DNA of 32,000 bases from Tannockella kyphosi (GCF_021054785.1 NZ_CP088239.1:1530001-1562000), one strand, 5' to 3'. Counted from the stretch's first letter, positions 6,317 to 15,882 are shown. Numbers and translations are program-made. Notes: generated by a model from the sequence alone, not told the origin.

Positions 6317-8158
6317 TTAGTGCGTATCATCCGTTACTTCTTCAAATTGACTATTATAAAGTTCCGCATAGAATCCTTTTTGGTTTAAAAGTTTCTCATG
6401 GCTACCGCTTTCTATAATATTACCGTCTTTCATTACTAATATAATATCTGCATTTTTAATTGTAGACAGTCTGTGTGCAATGATAAAAGATGTTTTTCCT
6501 TGAGACAACTTATCCATTGCCTTACCGATTAATAACTCTGTTCTTGTATCAACGGAACTTGTAGCCTCGTCTAAAATTATTAATTCTGATTTCTTAACCA
6601 TCGCACGTGCGATGGTAAGTAATTGCTTTTCTCCTGTTGATAAGGCAGCGTTACTCATAATGGTATGATATCCTTTTGGCATCGTTTTAATAGTATGATG
6701 AATTCCAACAGATTTACATGCCGCAATGATTTCATCTTCTGAAACATTTTGATTATATGCAATATTTTCCATAATAGTGCCATCAAACATCCATGTGTCT
6801 TGCAATACCATAGAAAACACATCGTGTAGACTCTCTCTCGTTATAGAGCGAATAGGAATGCCATCAATAGAAATCTCTCCGCTATTCACTTCATAAAAAC
6901 GCATAAGCAGATTTACCATAGTTGTTTTTCCTGCACCTGTAGGTCCTACAATCGCCACTTTCTCTCCAGCTTTAATTTCTGCATTAAAATCAGTAATAAT
7001 CATTTTATCTGGAGTGTATCCAAATGTTACATTTTTGAAGCTTACATCACCTTTAATATTTTTAATCTTTACTGCACCCTTTTCTTCTGGCGACAGTTCT
7101 TTCTCTTCAAGAAATTCAAATACACGCTCACTTGCTGCCGCTGCTGATTGCAATGTTGTCACCGATTGTGCTAGTGTTGCCAGTGGTTGTGTAAATAGAC
7201 GAATATACACCATGAATGCTACGATTACACCGAACGTAATACTTCCATTTATTACAAGCAATGCTCCAACTATACATACAACTACATATGAGAAATCACC
7301 TGTGAAATTCATAATAGGCATCATCATCCCAGATAAAAATTGCGCTTTCCATGCTGACTGATATAATTTCTCATTCTTTTTATGGAAATGCTTTTCTACA
7401 AACGTTTCTTTATTATAGGCTTTTATAATGGAGTGCCCAGTGTAAGTTTCTTCGACATGACCATTTAAATCACCAAGTCTCATTTGTTGTTGTATAAAGT
7501 GTTTCTGAGATTTTGCTATAATGATAGCCATAAAAGAAAATCCAAATATGGTTGAAAGCAAACCAGAAATCCCCATAATCCAGTTTGTATATAACATAAG
7601 TAATAGTGCTCCACTAAAATTCAAAACGCCACTAACAATTGAGGACATACTTTGATTTAAACTAGTACCTATTGTATCAATATCATTTACGAAGCGACTG
7701 AGTGTATCCCCATATGAAGTTCCATCAAAATATGCAAGTGGTAAACGATTTATTTTACTTGTCATTTCAGTACGTAATTTTTTACAAATTTTTTGAGAAA
7801 CAACTGCTAGAATACTTCCTTGAAGATATCCAAATACAAGGCTTAATCCATAGAGAATCGCCAAGAATGTACCAATACTTGCAACGGCCTCTAAATCCAC
7901 ACCTTCTGACATTCCTTCTAAAATCAGATTTGTAATCTTGGTCAATCTGCTTGGTCCCATAAGCGAGAAAACAGAAGATGTAATTGCTAAAACAATTGCA
8001 ATCGCTACGAAAACTGTATATCGTCCACAATATGCAAATAATTTCTTTAGACTTCCTGTAAAATCTTTTGCCTTATCGCCAGGTCTTCCTCCAGGAGGAC
8101 CTCCTGGTGGTCCTAAATTCACACCTGTATTTTGTGGTTTTGTCTCTTTGTTATGCAT
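6317..8158 (-). CDS. ABC exporter, fused permease/ATPase half-transporter (multidrug-type), second subunit
   Basis: 613 aa with a six-TM N-half. Walker A GPTGAGKTT, signature LSTGEKQ, Walker B LIILDEATS. The ATG overlaps the upstream stop (ATGCATAA). Confidence 0.9.
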   Translation of the reverse strand: MHNKETKPQNTGVNLGPPGGPPGGRPGDKAKDFTGSLKKLFAYCGRYTVFVAIAIVLAITSSVFSLMGPSRLTKITNLILEGMSEGVDLEAVASIGTFLAILYGLSLVFGYLQGSILAVVSQKICKKLRTEMTSKINRLPLAYFDGTSYGDTLSRFVNDIDTIGTSLNQSMSSIVSGVLNFSGALLLMLYTNWIMGISGLLSTIFGFSFMAIIIAKSQKHFIQQQMRLGDLNGHVEETYTGHSIIKAYNKETFVEKHFHKKNEKLYQSAWKAQFLSGMMMPIMNFTGDFSYVVVCIVGALLVINGSITFGVIVAFMVYIRLFTQPLATLAQSVTTLQSAAAASERVFEFLEEKELSPEEKGAVKIKNIKGDVSFKNVTFGYTPDKMIITDFNAEIKAGEKVAIVGPTGAGKTTMVNLLMRFYEVNSGEISIDGIPIRSITRESLHDVFSMVLQDTWMFDGTIMENIAYNQNVSEDEIIAACKSVGIHHTIKTMPKGYHTIMSNAALSTGEKQLLTIARAMVKKSELIILDEATSSVDTRTELLIGKAMDKLSQGKTSFIIAHRLSTIKNADIILVMKDGNIIESGSHEKLLNQKGFYAELYNSQFEEVTDDTH

Positions 8159-9905
8159 AATTTAATTCCTCCTTAGAGAGTTGCGATTCCGCAATTTCAC
8201 GGTAAAGTGCATTTTCTGATAATAAATTTTTATGTGTTCCAATTCCTGCTACTCTACCTTGATCTATTACAACAATGACATCTGCATCTTTTACTGTGCT
8301 AATTCTTTGAGCAACAATTAACTTTGTCGAACCTTTTGTCTGTGTTCTAAGTTTTTCCCTAAGCATACGATCCGTTCTATAATCAAGTGCTGAGAAACAA
8401 TCATCGAAAATATATATTTCCGCATCTTTATATAAGGCACGTGCAATAGAAACTCTCTGTTTTTGACCACCTGAAAGATTAAGTCCACCTTGAGATACAC
8501 TTCCATCAAAACCGATTTGATCCACGAAATCTTTTGCCTGCGCTATTTCTACCGCTTTATTTAAGTTCTCATTTGATATGTTTTTTTCTATACCAAATGC
8601 AATATTAGAAGTAATATCTCCATTAAATAATACTGCTGTTTGAGAAACAAACCCTAGTTTTTCACGAAGTGCATGTTGTGTATATTCCTTGACATTAATG
8701 CCATCAATTAATATTTCACCCTCAGTCACTTCGTAATTACGTAAAATCAACTTAGTAATTGTACTTTTACCACTACCTGTAGCGCCAATAAATGCAGCAG
8801 TTTCCCCTCTATGGATACGAAATGATATATTTTCTAAAACGTTTTCTTCGCTTTCAGCATATGAAAATGATACATTTTTAAATTCAATTGCTACTGGAAA
8901 AGTAGGATCACCACTCGTCTTTGAACCATCTTTAATTTTGTTCTCGAAATTAATTACTTCATCTATACGAGAAAGTGCTACAAGTGTACGAGGTAACATC
9001 ATAAAAATTGTGGTAAGGACCATAAATGATAATATGATCATCGTAGCATACGATGAAAATACAACCATATCTGAGAAAATAGTAAGTGCAGCCTCTGGGC
9101 TACCAGACTCACTGATTAAAGCAGCTCCTATCCAATAAACTGCAAGTGTAATTCCTGACATCAAACTTGACATGAATGGATTTAAAAATGCCATTGTAGC
9201 ATTCACAAATGTATTTGTAGATGCCACCTCTTGATTTGTTTTTTCAAATTTTTCTTCATGATAACCTTCTGCATTATAAGCACGTACGACTCTAACACCG
9301 GTTAAATGTTCACGAACAACGGTGTTCAATCCATCAATAATCTTCTGTAATTTTCTTGACTTTGGTACAGACATTGCTAACAGAATTCCAATTACACACA
9401 AAAACATAATTACAGCCACAATGGCAATTAATGAAAATGATGGATTGTTTGTTGAAATTTTATTAATTGCAAATATACACATAAATGGTGCTCTAATTAA
9501 TATTACAAATCCCATACACAATACCGTTTGAATCTGAGTAATATCATTTGTGGTACGAGTTATAAGACTTGCAATTGAGAAATTAGTGATATCTGCCATA
9601 GAAAATGAGTTCGTTTTAACATAAACATCTTCTCTCATCTTCATACATGCCTTTGTTGCTGCTTTTGCTGCACAAAAACCGGTTAAAATTGTAATAAATA
9701 AACTTAAGATTGAACAAAGTAACATATAGCCACCAACCATCAAGATCTCTGCCATTGTGCTACCTTCTGTTTGAACTAAGGTCGTAACCTCACTCATGAA
9801 TTCGGGAATTTTTAAATCTAATATCACTTGAACGATTACAAATCCAACTGTTATGACTAAAAGACCCCATTCTCTCTTTGTAAAGCTTTTAAATACTCTG
9901 GACAT
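8151..9905 (-). CDS. ABC exporter, fused permease/ATPase half-transporter, first subunit (probable heterodimer partner)
   Basis: 584 aa. Walker A GATGSGKST, signature LSGGQKQR, Walker B IYIFDDCFSALD. It overlaps the neighbouring genes at both ends. Confidence 0.9.
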   Translation of the reverse strand: MSRVFKSFTKREWGLLVITVGFVIVQVILDLKIPEFMSEVTTLVQTEGSTMAEILMVGGYMLLCSILSLFITILTGFCAAKAATKACMKMREDVYVKTNSFSMADITNFSIASLITRTTNDITQIQTVLCMGFVILIRAPFMCIFAINKISTNNPSFSLIAIVAVIMFLCVIGILLAMSVPKSRKLQKIIDGLNTVVREHLTGVRVVRAYNAEGYHEEKFEKTNQEVASTNTFVNATMAFLNPFMSSLMSGITLAVYWIGAALISESGSPEAALTIFSDMVVFSSYATMIILSFMVLTTIFMMLPRTLVALSRIDEVINFENKIKDGSKTSGDPTFPVAIEFKNVSFSYAESEENVLENISFRIHRGETAAFIGATGSGKSTITKLILRNYEVTEGEILIDGINVKEYTQHALREKLGFVSQTAVLFNGDITSNIAFGIEKNISNENLNKAVEIAQAKDFVDQIGFDGSVSQGGLNLSGGQKQRVSIARALYKDAEIYIFDDCFSALDYRTDRMLREKLRTQTKGSTKLIVAQRISTVKDADVIVVIDQGRVAGIGTHKNLLSENALYREIAESQLSKEELNYA

Positions 9906-11277
9906 TTTGTTCTCCTAACTCATTAGTATGATGTTTTTCTACTACTTTGTCTTTGCTACGTAATATTTTGTAAATATTCATACACAAGATAATTGTTAAA
10001 ATAAGGGTCAAGACATCCGAAATTGGCTGTGCCCATAACAGGCCATCTATTCCCATGGTGTAATTCATAATCAAGATTAGTGGCAAGAAAATAATACCTT
10101 GACGGCACGCGTTTGCCACAAGCGAAGATTTTTCTGCACCCATTGCACCAAGCGCATTGGTCAATACGTTGAACACACCCAGTAAACAGCCCGTACTCAA
10201 TAGGATTTGAGAGAAATAATATGCGTAGGCAAATGCTTCTTCATCGGCTAAAAATGCACCTACAATCTGAGTGAGTCCTACATAACAAAAACCGGTCATG
10301 ACCACACCGAGGGCTAGACCAAACAGGAGTGAAAACTTCAGAATATCCAGAAATCTATCCCAGTCTTTAGCTCCTACACAAAAACCTAAAATTGGTTGAA
10401 CCCCTTGACCGAGACCAACACATAGCATCCAACTAATCAAAATAATCTTCAAGGAAACACCAACACCTGCAACAGCAAGTTCCCCATAGTCTGACATGAG
10501 TAGATTGATTACTATTTGCGATACTGTCGTAAATATGATACCAAGAGAGGCTGGTATACCAATAGCAAGCACATTTCTACATACTTTTTCTTTCACCGTA
10601 AAATCTTTGAGTGAGATGCTTAATTTACTTTTTCTTTTTACAAAGAACAAAATATAATACAGTCCAGAGCAAATATTACCGATAGTTGTTGCGATTGCCG
10701 CACCAGGTACATTCATTCCTAACACCAAAATAAAAATTGGATCCAGCACAATATTTACAATATTCCCAATCAACATACCCATCATTGCTTTTTGTACATT
10801 TCCCTCTGCTCTTAGAATATTGGAAAAGCAAGTTTGCAGTATGATAAACGGACCACTCATGGCAAGAATAAAAATATACTGACTAACCATTTGCACGGTA
10901 GTGTCACTGGCGGCACCAAGTTTTACTGCAATATCGTCTGCGAATACGCATAAAAGTATCGAAACAAATATACCGACAATCACACTTGCCCCAAAAGCAA
11001 ACGAAGCTACTTTATTAGCATACACTTTGTTATCAGCCCCCAACGCTCTAGAGATAACTGAAGCACCTCCCATGCCAAAAATGGTACCAATCGAAATAAA
11101 TACCAAGAAAACAGGGGTTGCTAGAGATACAGATGTAACTTGAAGTGCATCTCCCGTTTGACCCACAAAAAATAGGTCGGCCATATTGTAGATGAGAACC
11201 ATTATCATACCAAGAATTGCTGGGATTGTGTTTTTTAGCACATATTTTGGTACTGGTTCATTAGAATTTATGTTCAT
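9889..11277 (-). CDS. MATE-family efflux transporter
   Basis: 462-aa protein of 12-TM type with a typical MATE N-terminus (..PAILGMIMVLIYNMADLFFVGQTGDALQVTSVSLATPVF..). Confidence 0.88.
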   Translation of the reverse strand: MNINSNEPVPKYVLKNTIPAILGMIMVLIYNMADLFFVGQTGDALQVTSVSLATPVFLVFISIGTIFGMGGASVISRALGADNKVYANKVASFAFGASVIVGIFVSILLCVFADDIAVKLGAASDTTVQMVSQYIFILAMSGPFIILQTCFSNILRAEGNVQKAMMGMLIGNIVNIVLDPIFILVLGMNVPGAAIATTIGNICSGLYYILFFVKRKSKLSISLKDFTVKEKVCRNVLAIGIPASLGIIFTTVSQIVINLLMSDYGELAVAGVGVSLKIILISWMLCVGLGQGVQPILGFCVGAKDWDRFLDILKFSLLFGLALGVVMTGFCYVGLTQIVGAFLADEEAFAYAYYFSQILLSTGCLLGVFNVLTNALGAMGAEKSSLVANACRQGIIFLPLILIMNYTMGIDGLLWAQPISDVLTLILTIILCMNIYKILRSKDKVVEKHHTNELGEQNVQSI

Positions 11278-11297
11278 ATTATTTCCTTTCCTAACAG

Positions 11298-11714
11298 TTA
11301 ATCAATTATCTTATGCAATAATGCAAATAATGTTTCTGTTTCTTTCTCTGTAAACTTTTCAAATAGTTCTTCTTGAAGCTCATCCATGCATTCACCAGCA
11401 GCCTCTGTACAAGATTTACCACGTTCGGTTAACTCTAGTAATTTAATTCTTCTATCTGCTTCATTTGTAAATGTTCTCACAAATCCATGAGCTTCAAGAC
11501 GTGCAATCATGCTTGCTGCGCTAGACTGAGCAACTTTAGCAACTGCTTCTATCTCTTTGTAAGATGCTTGGAATTCTTCTTTATGTCGCAAATATGCTAG
11601 TATATGACCTTGTGTTATGGTAAGATCTAAATCTTTTAATTTCACATTCCCTTTTTTCTCTATCTTCTCACTAATTTGTCTAAAACAATACAAAAAATGT
11701 TTTTCATATCTCAT
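11298..11714 (-). CDS. MarR-family transcriptional regulator
   Basis: About 138 aa with a wHTH core (LTITQGHILAYL...YKEIEAVAKVAQSSAASMIARLEAHGFVRTFTNEADRRIKLLELTERG). The ATG at 11714 lies 8 nt after GGAGG. The track start at 11717 is a GTG. Confidence 0.88.
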   Translation of the reverse strand: MRYEKHFLYCFRQISEKIEKKGNVKLKDLDLTITQGHILAYLRHKEEFQASYKEIEAVAKVAQSSAASMIARLEAHGFVRTFTNEADRRIKLLELTERGKSCTEAAGECMDELQEELFEKFTEKETETLFALLHKIID

Positions 11715-11768
11715 CACTTTTTCCTCCTCTAATCATTCATTTTTTATCAATAAACGAATGATAGCACA

Positions 11769-11816
11769 TTTAACAGTATTCTGTCAATAGTATACTGTTG
11801 ATAGAATACTGTTAAA
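11769..11816. promoter_or_regulatory. 48-bp near-perfect palindrome overlapping the marR-operon promoter (likely MarR operator)
   Basis: TTTAACAGTATTCT-GTCAATAGTATACTGTTGAT-AGAATACTGTTAAA has perfect 14-bp outer arms and a near-palindromic inner part. On the minus strand, TTGACA (11782-11787) and TATCAT (11758-11763) are 18 bp apart. Confidence 0.6.
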
Positions 11817-11943
11817 TATAACAAAAGAAAAGCAATCGGAAAATAAGGCTGAATTTGCCTATCTCCTGATTGCTCCTTTTTCTTTTATCTAATATCAATA
11901 TGGTCATTTCTAAGATGCTTTATTATTAAAGTTCTATAGCTTT

Positions 11944-12642
11944 TTAAATAAGCTCCACAGCACCTTTTACACCAACTTTCGATATATCAATACATTGATT
12001 ATAATTGCTCATATCTATCCATTCTTGATCTGTATAATGTTCATAATACTCTGAACGTTTTTTGTCAACACGTTGAATATTATTCTTCATTTCAACTTCT
12101 GTTTTAACCCCTACATCTTCCGGTACTTTATCATTTTTCAAAAAAGATGAAGTGTAATCCGCTAACATATCTTGACAATTTGCATGTAAGAATTCTGTAA
12201 AATTCATCGGATACATTGTCAAAAATTCCACCTTACCAACTGGAAAGGATAACGGTTTATTAAGAGCAATACTCAAAAGAGAACCAGCACATACTATATG
12301 ATACGAAGGTGCATTTTCACAAAAATATTTAAGTGAAGTAATTGCACGACCACACTCCTGAACCTCATCAAAAACAATTAATGTATTGTTAGGTTTTATA
12401 GTTTTACCAACAAAAAGACCTAATTCAAATAAAATTCTTGTAGTATTAAAATCAATTTCAAAAATTGATTTTAAACTTTCATTTTCTTCAAAATTGATAT
12501 AAACCATATCATTATAATATTCTTTACCAAATTCTTTTAATATAAATGTTTTTCCACATTGGCGAACACCCTTAACAATTAAAGGTTTTTTATTTTCATT
12601 ATCTTTCCAATTTCGCAAAGATTCCATAATTGTTCTTTTCAT
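11944..12642 (-). CDS. chimeric ORF: AAA_14-type ATPase N-terminal half fused to the C-terminal tail of a cytidylate-kinase-like protein; probably a deletion product
   Basis: Residues 1-165 show the AAA_14 pattern (KPLIVKGVRQCGKTFILKEFG..TLIVFDEVQECGRAITSLKYFCENAPSYHIVCAGSLL..SFPVGKVEFLTMYPMNFTEF) without the DUF4143 half. The tail ..RVDKKRSEYYEHYTDQEWIDMSNYNQCIDISKVGVKGAVELI resembles the end of cytidylate-kinase-like family proteins. Confidence 0.6.
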   Translation of the reverse strand: MKRTIMESLRNWKDNENKKPLIVKGVRQCGKTFILKEFGKEYYNDMVYINFEENESLKSIFEIDFNTTRILFELGLFVGKTIKPNNTLIVFDEVQECGRAITSLKYFCENAPSYHIVCAGSLLSIALNKPLSFPVGKVEFLTMYPMNFTEFLHANCQDMLADYTSSFLKNDKVPEDVGVKTEVEMKNNIQRVDKKRSEYYEHYTDQEWIDMSNYNQCIDISKVGVKGAVELI

Positions 12643-12731
12643 AATAATCCTCCTAGCATTAGTATTGATTAAATTACTTTAATTACACTATTAAGATTAA
12701 TATTGTCAATAAACACTGCATTTTAAGTATG

Positions 12732-12757
12732 AAAAACGCAATAAAGTATTGCGTTTT
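12732..12757 (-). terminator. intrinsic terminator after the reductase gene
   Basis: AAACGCAAT-acttt-ATTGCGTTT with T/A runs on both sides. Confidence 0.65.
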
Positions 12758-12763
12758 AGATAC

Positions 12764-15052
12764 TTATAGTTTTCTTAACTCTTCATCACAAGCAATTAAT
12801 ACTTCTTCTGGTATTTCATCAGACATTTCTACCACTTTTGCAAGTGTCATTTTTTTAGCAAAACCAATCATAGGATGATTAATTAGAGCTTCTGTAAAAT
12901 GTTTAATTAAGATTTCTCTTGCTTTTTCATTTGCCATTAATGCTCCAAGTTTTGTATCCTTGCTAAATCTTGGTTTTATAGTATCATCACTTTGTTGTGA
13001 ATTTGATGTATTTGCGCTTACGCTTTCATCAGCTTCTATCACTGGTTTTACAAGTGATGAAGTGAATAATTTTTGTGATAAACTCACTGAATTAGTTTCA
13101 TCTGCTTTTAAGTAATAAACAGCTTCATAAGCACTACGCACTGCATCTGCAATTCTACCTGCCTTGTTAGCATCACCTAAGATATATAAATTATTATCAA
13201 ATTGATATTTAAATGAATCTATTAGTTTACTGTCTCCTCGTACCCCTAGCGATAGAACTACTGCTTGTGCGGCTATTTCCATTTGTCCATCATCACCATT
13301 TACAATAATTTTATCTTCTTTTATTTCACAAAGTTCAGTAGATGTTTTAACTTCTACTTGTAGTTCTTTTAGATGTTTTAGCACATCTACAACATTTGGT
13401 GATAAATCAGTACCGATACCACTACCACTTCCTGGAGCTACATCAAATTCTTTTTCTATCACAGTAACTTTATTTCCTTTTGTCGCAAGGAATTCAGCAA
13501 CTTCTAATCCTGTTAATCCTGAACCTACTACAATAAATTCTTTATTTGTTATATTGAAATCATTTGTTAGTACATCATCTACCAAATATACATTTGGAAG
13601 ATTAACACCACGGAAAGGTGGTTTGATTGGACTACCACCAGTTGCAACAAAAACAGCAGCAGGTGCCATTTTAGCAACATCAGTTGCACTTACTTCACTA
13701 TTTAGTCGTACATCAACTTTTAATTTTTTCATTTCCAATGCCATACTATCGATAAGCCAACATAATTTCTCTTTATGAGGAGGTATTGATGCCATGAATA
13801 CTTGACCCCCAAGTTTATCAGCTTTTTCAAATAAAACAGGTTTGAAATTTCTTTGCGCCAGGTTAATAGCTGCTTGCATACCAGCTGGACCACCACCAAT
13901 AACAACAACACGTTTTCCATTACCATCTACTGGCATTTTCCCATATACAAGTTCAAATGAACAACGAGGATTAACAGCACATTTTATTGTTCTAGCACTA
14001 CCAAGTTCTTCGGCACAATATAGACAAGATATACAAGGTCTAATATCTTCTGCTAGTCCTTTTTTTGACTTATTGCACCACTCAGGATCCGCTAATTGAG
14101 CTCTTCCTAGCGCTACAAAGTCTAGATTATCTTCTACTAATAACTTTTCTGCAAAAGCAGGTTTTCTAATAACATCACAAGCAATAACTGGAATGGATAC
14201 AGCTTCTTTGATTGTTTTCCCTAAATGACGTTTCCATCCTTGATCATAAGAGATTGGTTCTGTTGATTCATTTGGTGCAGCATATCCACCCGCACTAACA
14301 TTTATTGCATTAAAACCAACTTTTTCTAAATGCTTTGCAATTTCAACAGCATCATCCAAAGTCATCCCACCTTCAAAAAAGTCATCCCCATTAATTCGAA
14401 TACAAACAGGGAAACTATCTCCACAAGCCATACGAATACCACGAATAATTTCTGTTGGGAATTGCATACGTTTTAGAAAGCTCCCACCATATTTATCAGT
14501 TCTTTGATTTGAGTATTCACACATAAATTGTTGAATAAGATACCCGTGTGCTCCATGTAATTCAACTCCATCAATACCAGCCATCTCACACATCTTAGCT
14601 GACATAACAAATTTACCTACAATTTCAGCAACTTCTTCTTCTGTAAGCTCTCTAGGTACTTCCGAGTTTGCTAAAGATTTGATAGCAGAAGGTCCAACAA
14701 TTTGTTCCCCAGAAAACATTTCTTTTCCTTCTCTACCAGGGTGATGCAATTGACAAAATATTTTTGCTCCTTGACGATGAACAGCATTTGCAAGACGTTC
14801 AAGACCAGGAATCATCCCAGGAGCTGTTGCATTTAATTGGACAGGATGACCAACACCAGATCCATCTGCAACTCTTGTAATCTCTGTAATAATCAAACCA
14901 CAACCACCAGCAGCACGTTCTTCATAATAACGTACAATTCGATCTGTGACTTCACCATTGATAGAGTTCAAGCCTGTTTCCATTGCCGGCATCACTACTC
15001 TATTTCTAATCTCTAAGTCACCTATTTTACCACTACTAAATAATTTCTTCAT
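12764..15052 (-). CDS. NADH:flavin oxidoreductase of the OYE-FMN / 4Fe-4S / FAD-NAD(P) type (2,4-dienoyl-CoA reductase / enoate reductase / BaiH-BaiCD family), with a C-terminal extension of about 110 aa
   Basis: OYE-like N-half (RNRVVMPAM..HGAHGYLIQQF). Cys cluster CISCLYC..x11..C. GGGPAGMQAA and VVGSGLTGLEVAEFLA dinucleotide folds. GGGAGGG lies 7 nt before the ATG at 15052. The track start at 15073 has no RBS. Confidence 0.85.
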   Translation of the reverse strand: MKKLFSSGKIGDLEIRNRVVMPAMETGLNSINGEVTDRIVRYYEERAAGGCGLIITEITRVADGSGVGHPVQLNATAPGMIPGLERLANAVHRQGAKIFCQLHHPGREGKEMFSGEQIVGPSAIKSLANSEVPRELTEEEVAEIVGKFVMSAKMCEMAGIDGVELHGAHGYLIQQFMCEYSNQRTDKYGGSFLKRMQFPTEIIRGIRMACGDSFPVCIRINGDDFFEGGMTLDDAVEIAKHLEKVGFNAINVSAGGYAAPNESTEPISYDQGWKRHLGKTIKEAVSIPVIACDVIRKPAFAEKLLVEDNLDFVALGRAQLADPEWCNKSKKGLAEDIRPCISCLYCAEELGSARTIKCAVNPRCSFELVYGKMPVDGNGKRVVVIGGGPAGMQAAINLAQRNFKPVLFEKADKLGGQVFMASIPPHKEKLCWLIDSMALEMKKLKVDVRLNSEVSATDVAKMAPAAVFVATGGSPIKPPFRGVNLPNVYLVDDVLTNDFNITNKEFIVVGSGLTGLEVAEFLATKGNKVTVIEKEFDVAPGSGSGIGTDLSPNVVDVLKHLKELQVEVKTSTELCEIKEDKIIVNGDDGQMEIAAQAVVLSLGVRGDSKLIDSFKYQFDNNLYILGDANKAGRIADAVRSAYEAVYYLKADETNSVSLSQKLFTSSLVKPVIEADESVSANTSNSQQSDDTIKPRFSKDTKLGALMANEKAREILIKHFTEALINHPMIGFAKKMTLAKVVEMSDEIPEEVLIACDEELRKL

Positions 15053-15493
15053 ATATTTACCCTCCCTATACATGTATATATGATATTATCTTTGGCCTAA
15101 TATTTATCCATTAAAAGTATATCATGTATAGTCTATACCGTAAATATAATGTACTGAAATACATCGAAAGATACAATACTATTTCTATCATCTGTTAACG
15201 AAATTTCATGTATATAACATCCTCGACTTTACTAATGATAATATCCTATTTTGGCCTGTATCAAGACTGGGGGACAAGTGATTAATAAGCAATCACCTTT
15301 GTTTCAAAGAAACAAAAAGGAATTGACTCTTTAAAAGAGTACTGGCAGTTATGACATTGCTATCTACGCTAACTTCTAAAAAGTTTGTCCAATTCACAAG
15401 ACTGCTGGTTACTTGCCTAGAGGTACTTTCATACAACTGAGCAACTTCTCTTGTTTTAATGCCATAATTTTCCTCCTAATTTAATTTTGGGCA

Positions 15494-15530
15494 TAAGAAA
15501 AGCACCTATCAAGGTTGGTTAATAAGTGCT
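15494..15530 (-). terminator. possible terminator downstream of 15598-15882
   Basis: Minus-strand stem AGCACTTAT / ATAGGTGCT with a 12-nt loop, then TTTCTT. Confidence 0.4.
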
Positions 15531-15597
15531 ATTACTTAATTAGAATTACTTTATTTATCTTTTTATTTTTGATACTGGTGTAAAGATATTGCTCATT

Positions 15598-15882
15598 TTA
15601 TTCAAAAGCAATTTCTTTTACCGGAATCCCCAAGATAGAATATTCAACATACTTTATTCCCGGAATAGGTTCTTCTGGCATAAAATTACCTTTAATTTCT
15701 ATTTGATAACCTAATCCATAATATGTTCCTGACCCACCATCATCAGCTGTTACAGGTATTGTAAATATAGGTTTTTCTGCACTATAAACTCTAAAATAAT
15801 CAAATATTCCAGTTCTTATCGATAAAATCAATAGAAAACCTAACATTACTCCTACAATTTTAATGGTTTTCTTCGTATTCAT
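15598..15882 (-). CDS. small hypothetical protein with an N-terminal membrane anchor or signal (94 aa)
   Basis: MNTKKTIKIVGVMLGFLLILSI.. A GGAG lies 7 nt before the ATG at 15882. The longer track ORF begins at a GTG. Confidence 0.55.
   Translation of the reverse strand: MNTKKTIKIVGVMLGFLLILSIRTGIFDYFRVYSAEKPIFTIPVTADDGGSGTYYGLGYQIEIKGNFMPEEPIPGIKYVEYSILGIPVKEIAFE

Noticed and set aside
7014-7361. Antisense or alternate-frame ORFs inside long genes. This one, plus 632-847, 1622-1813, 2627-2851, 7702-8165, 7782-8030, 8318-8509, 8938-9138, 9322-9531, 10901-11143, 13554-14099, 13729-13926, 20248-20481 and 24304-24519.
   Set aside because: Each lies wholly within a well-supported gene with clear family motifs. 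Their translations are hydrophobic or low-complexity shadows without RBSs.
12764-15073. Longer N-terminus MYREGKY for the reductase. Similar track starts at 5429 (TTG), 11717 (GTG), 15924 (GTG) and 16667 (TTG).
   Set aside because: In each case an internal ATG has a properly spaced purine-rich RBS, while the upstream start has none.
15290-15470. HTH-like coding stub on the minus strand (..GIKTREVAQLYESTSRQVTSSLVNWTNFLEV..) behind an AGGAGG-ATG
   Set aside because: The ATG is in a different frame from the HTH-like reading. The in-frame ORF from the ATG is only 18 codons. No family could be assigned. It is noted as a probable gene remnant but not called as a feature.
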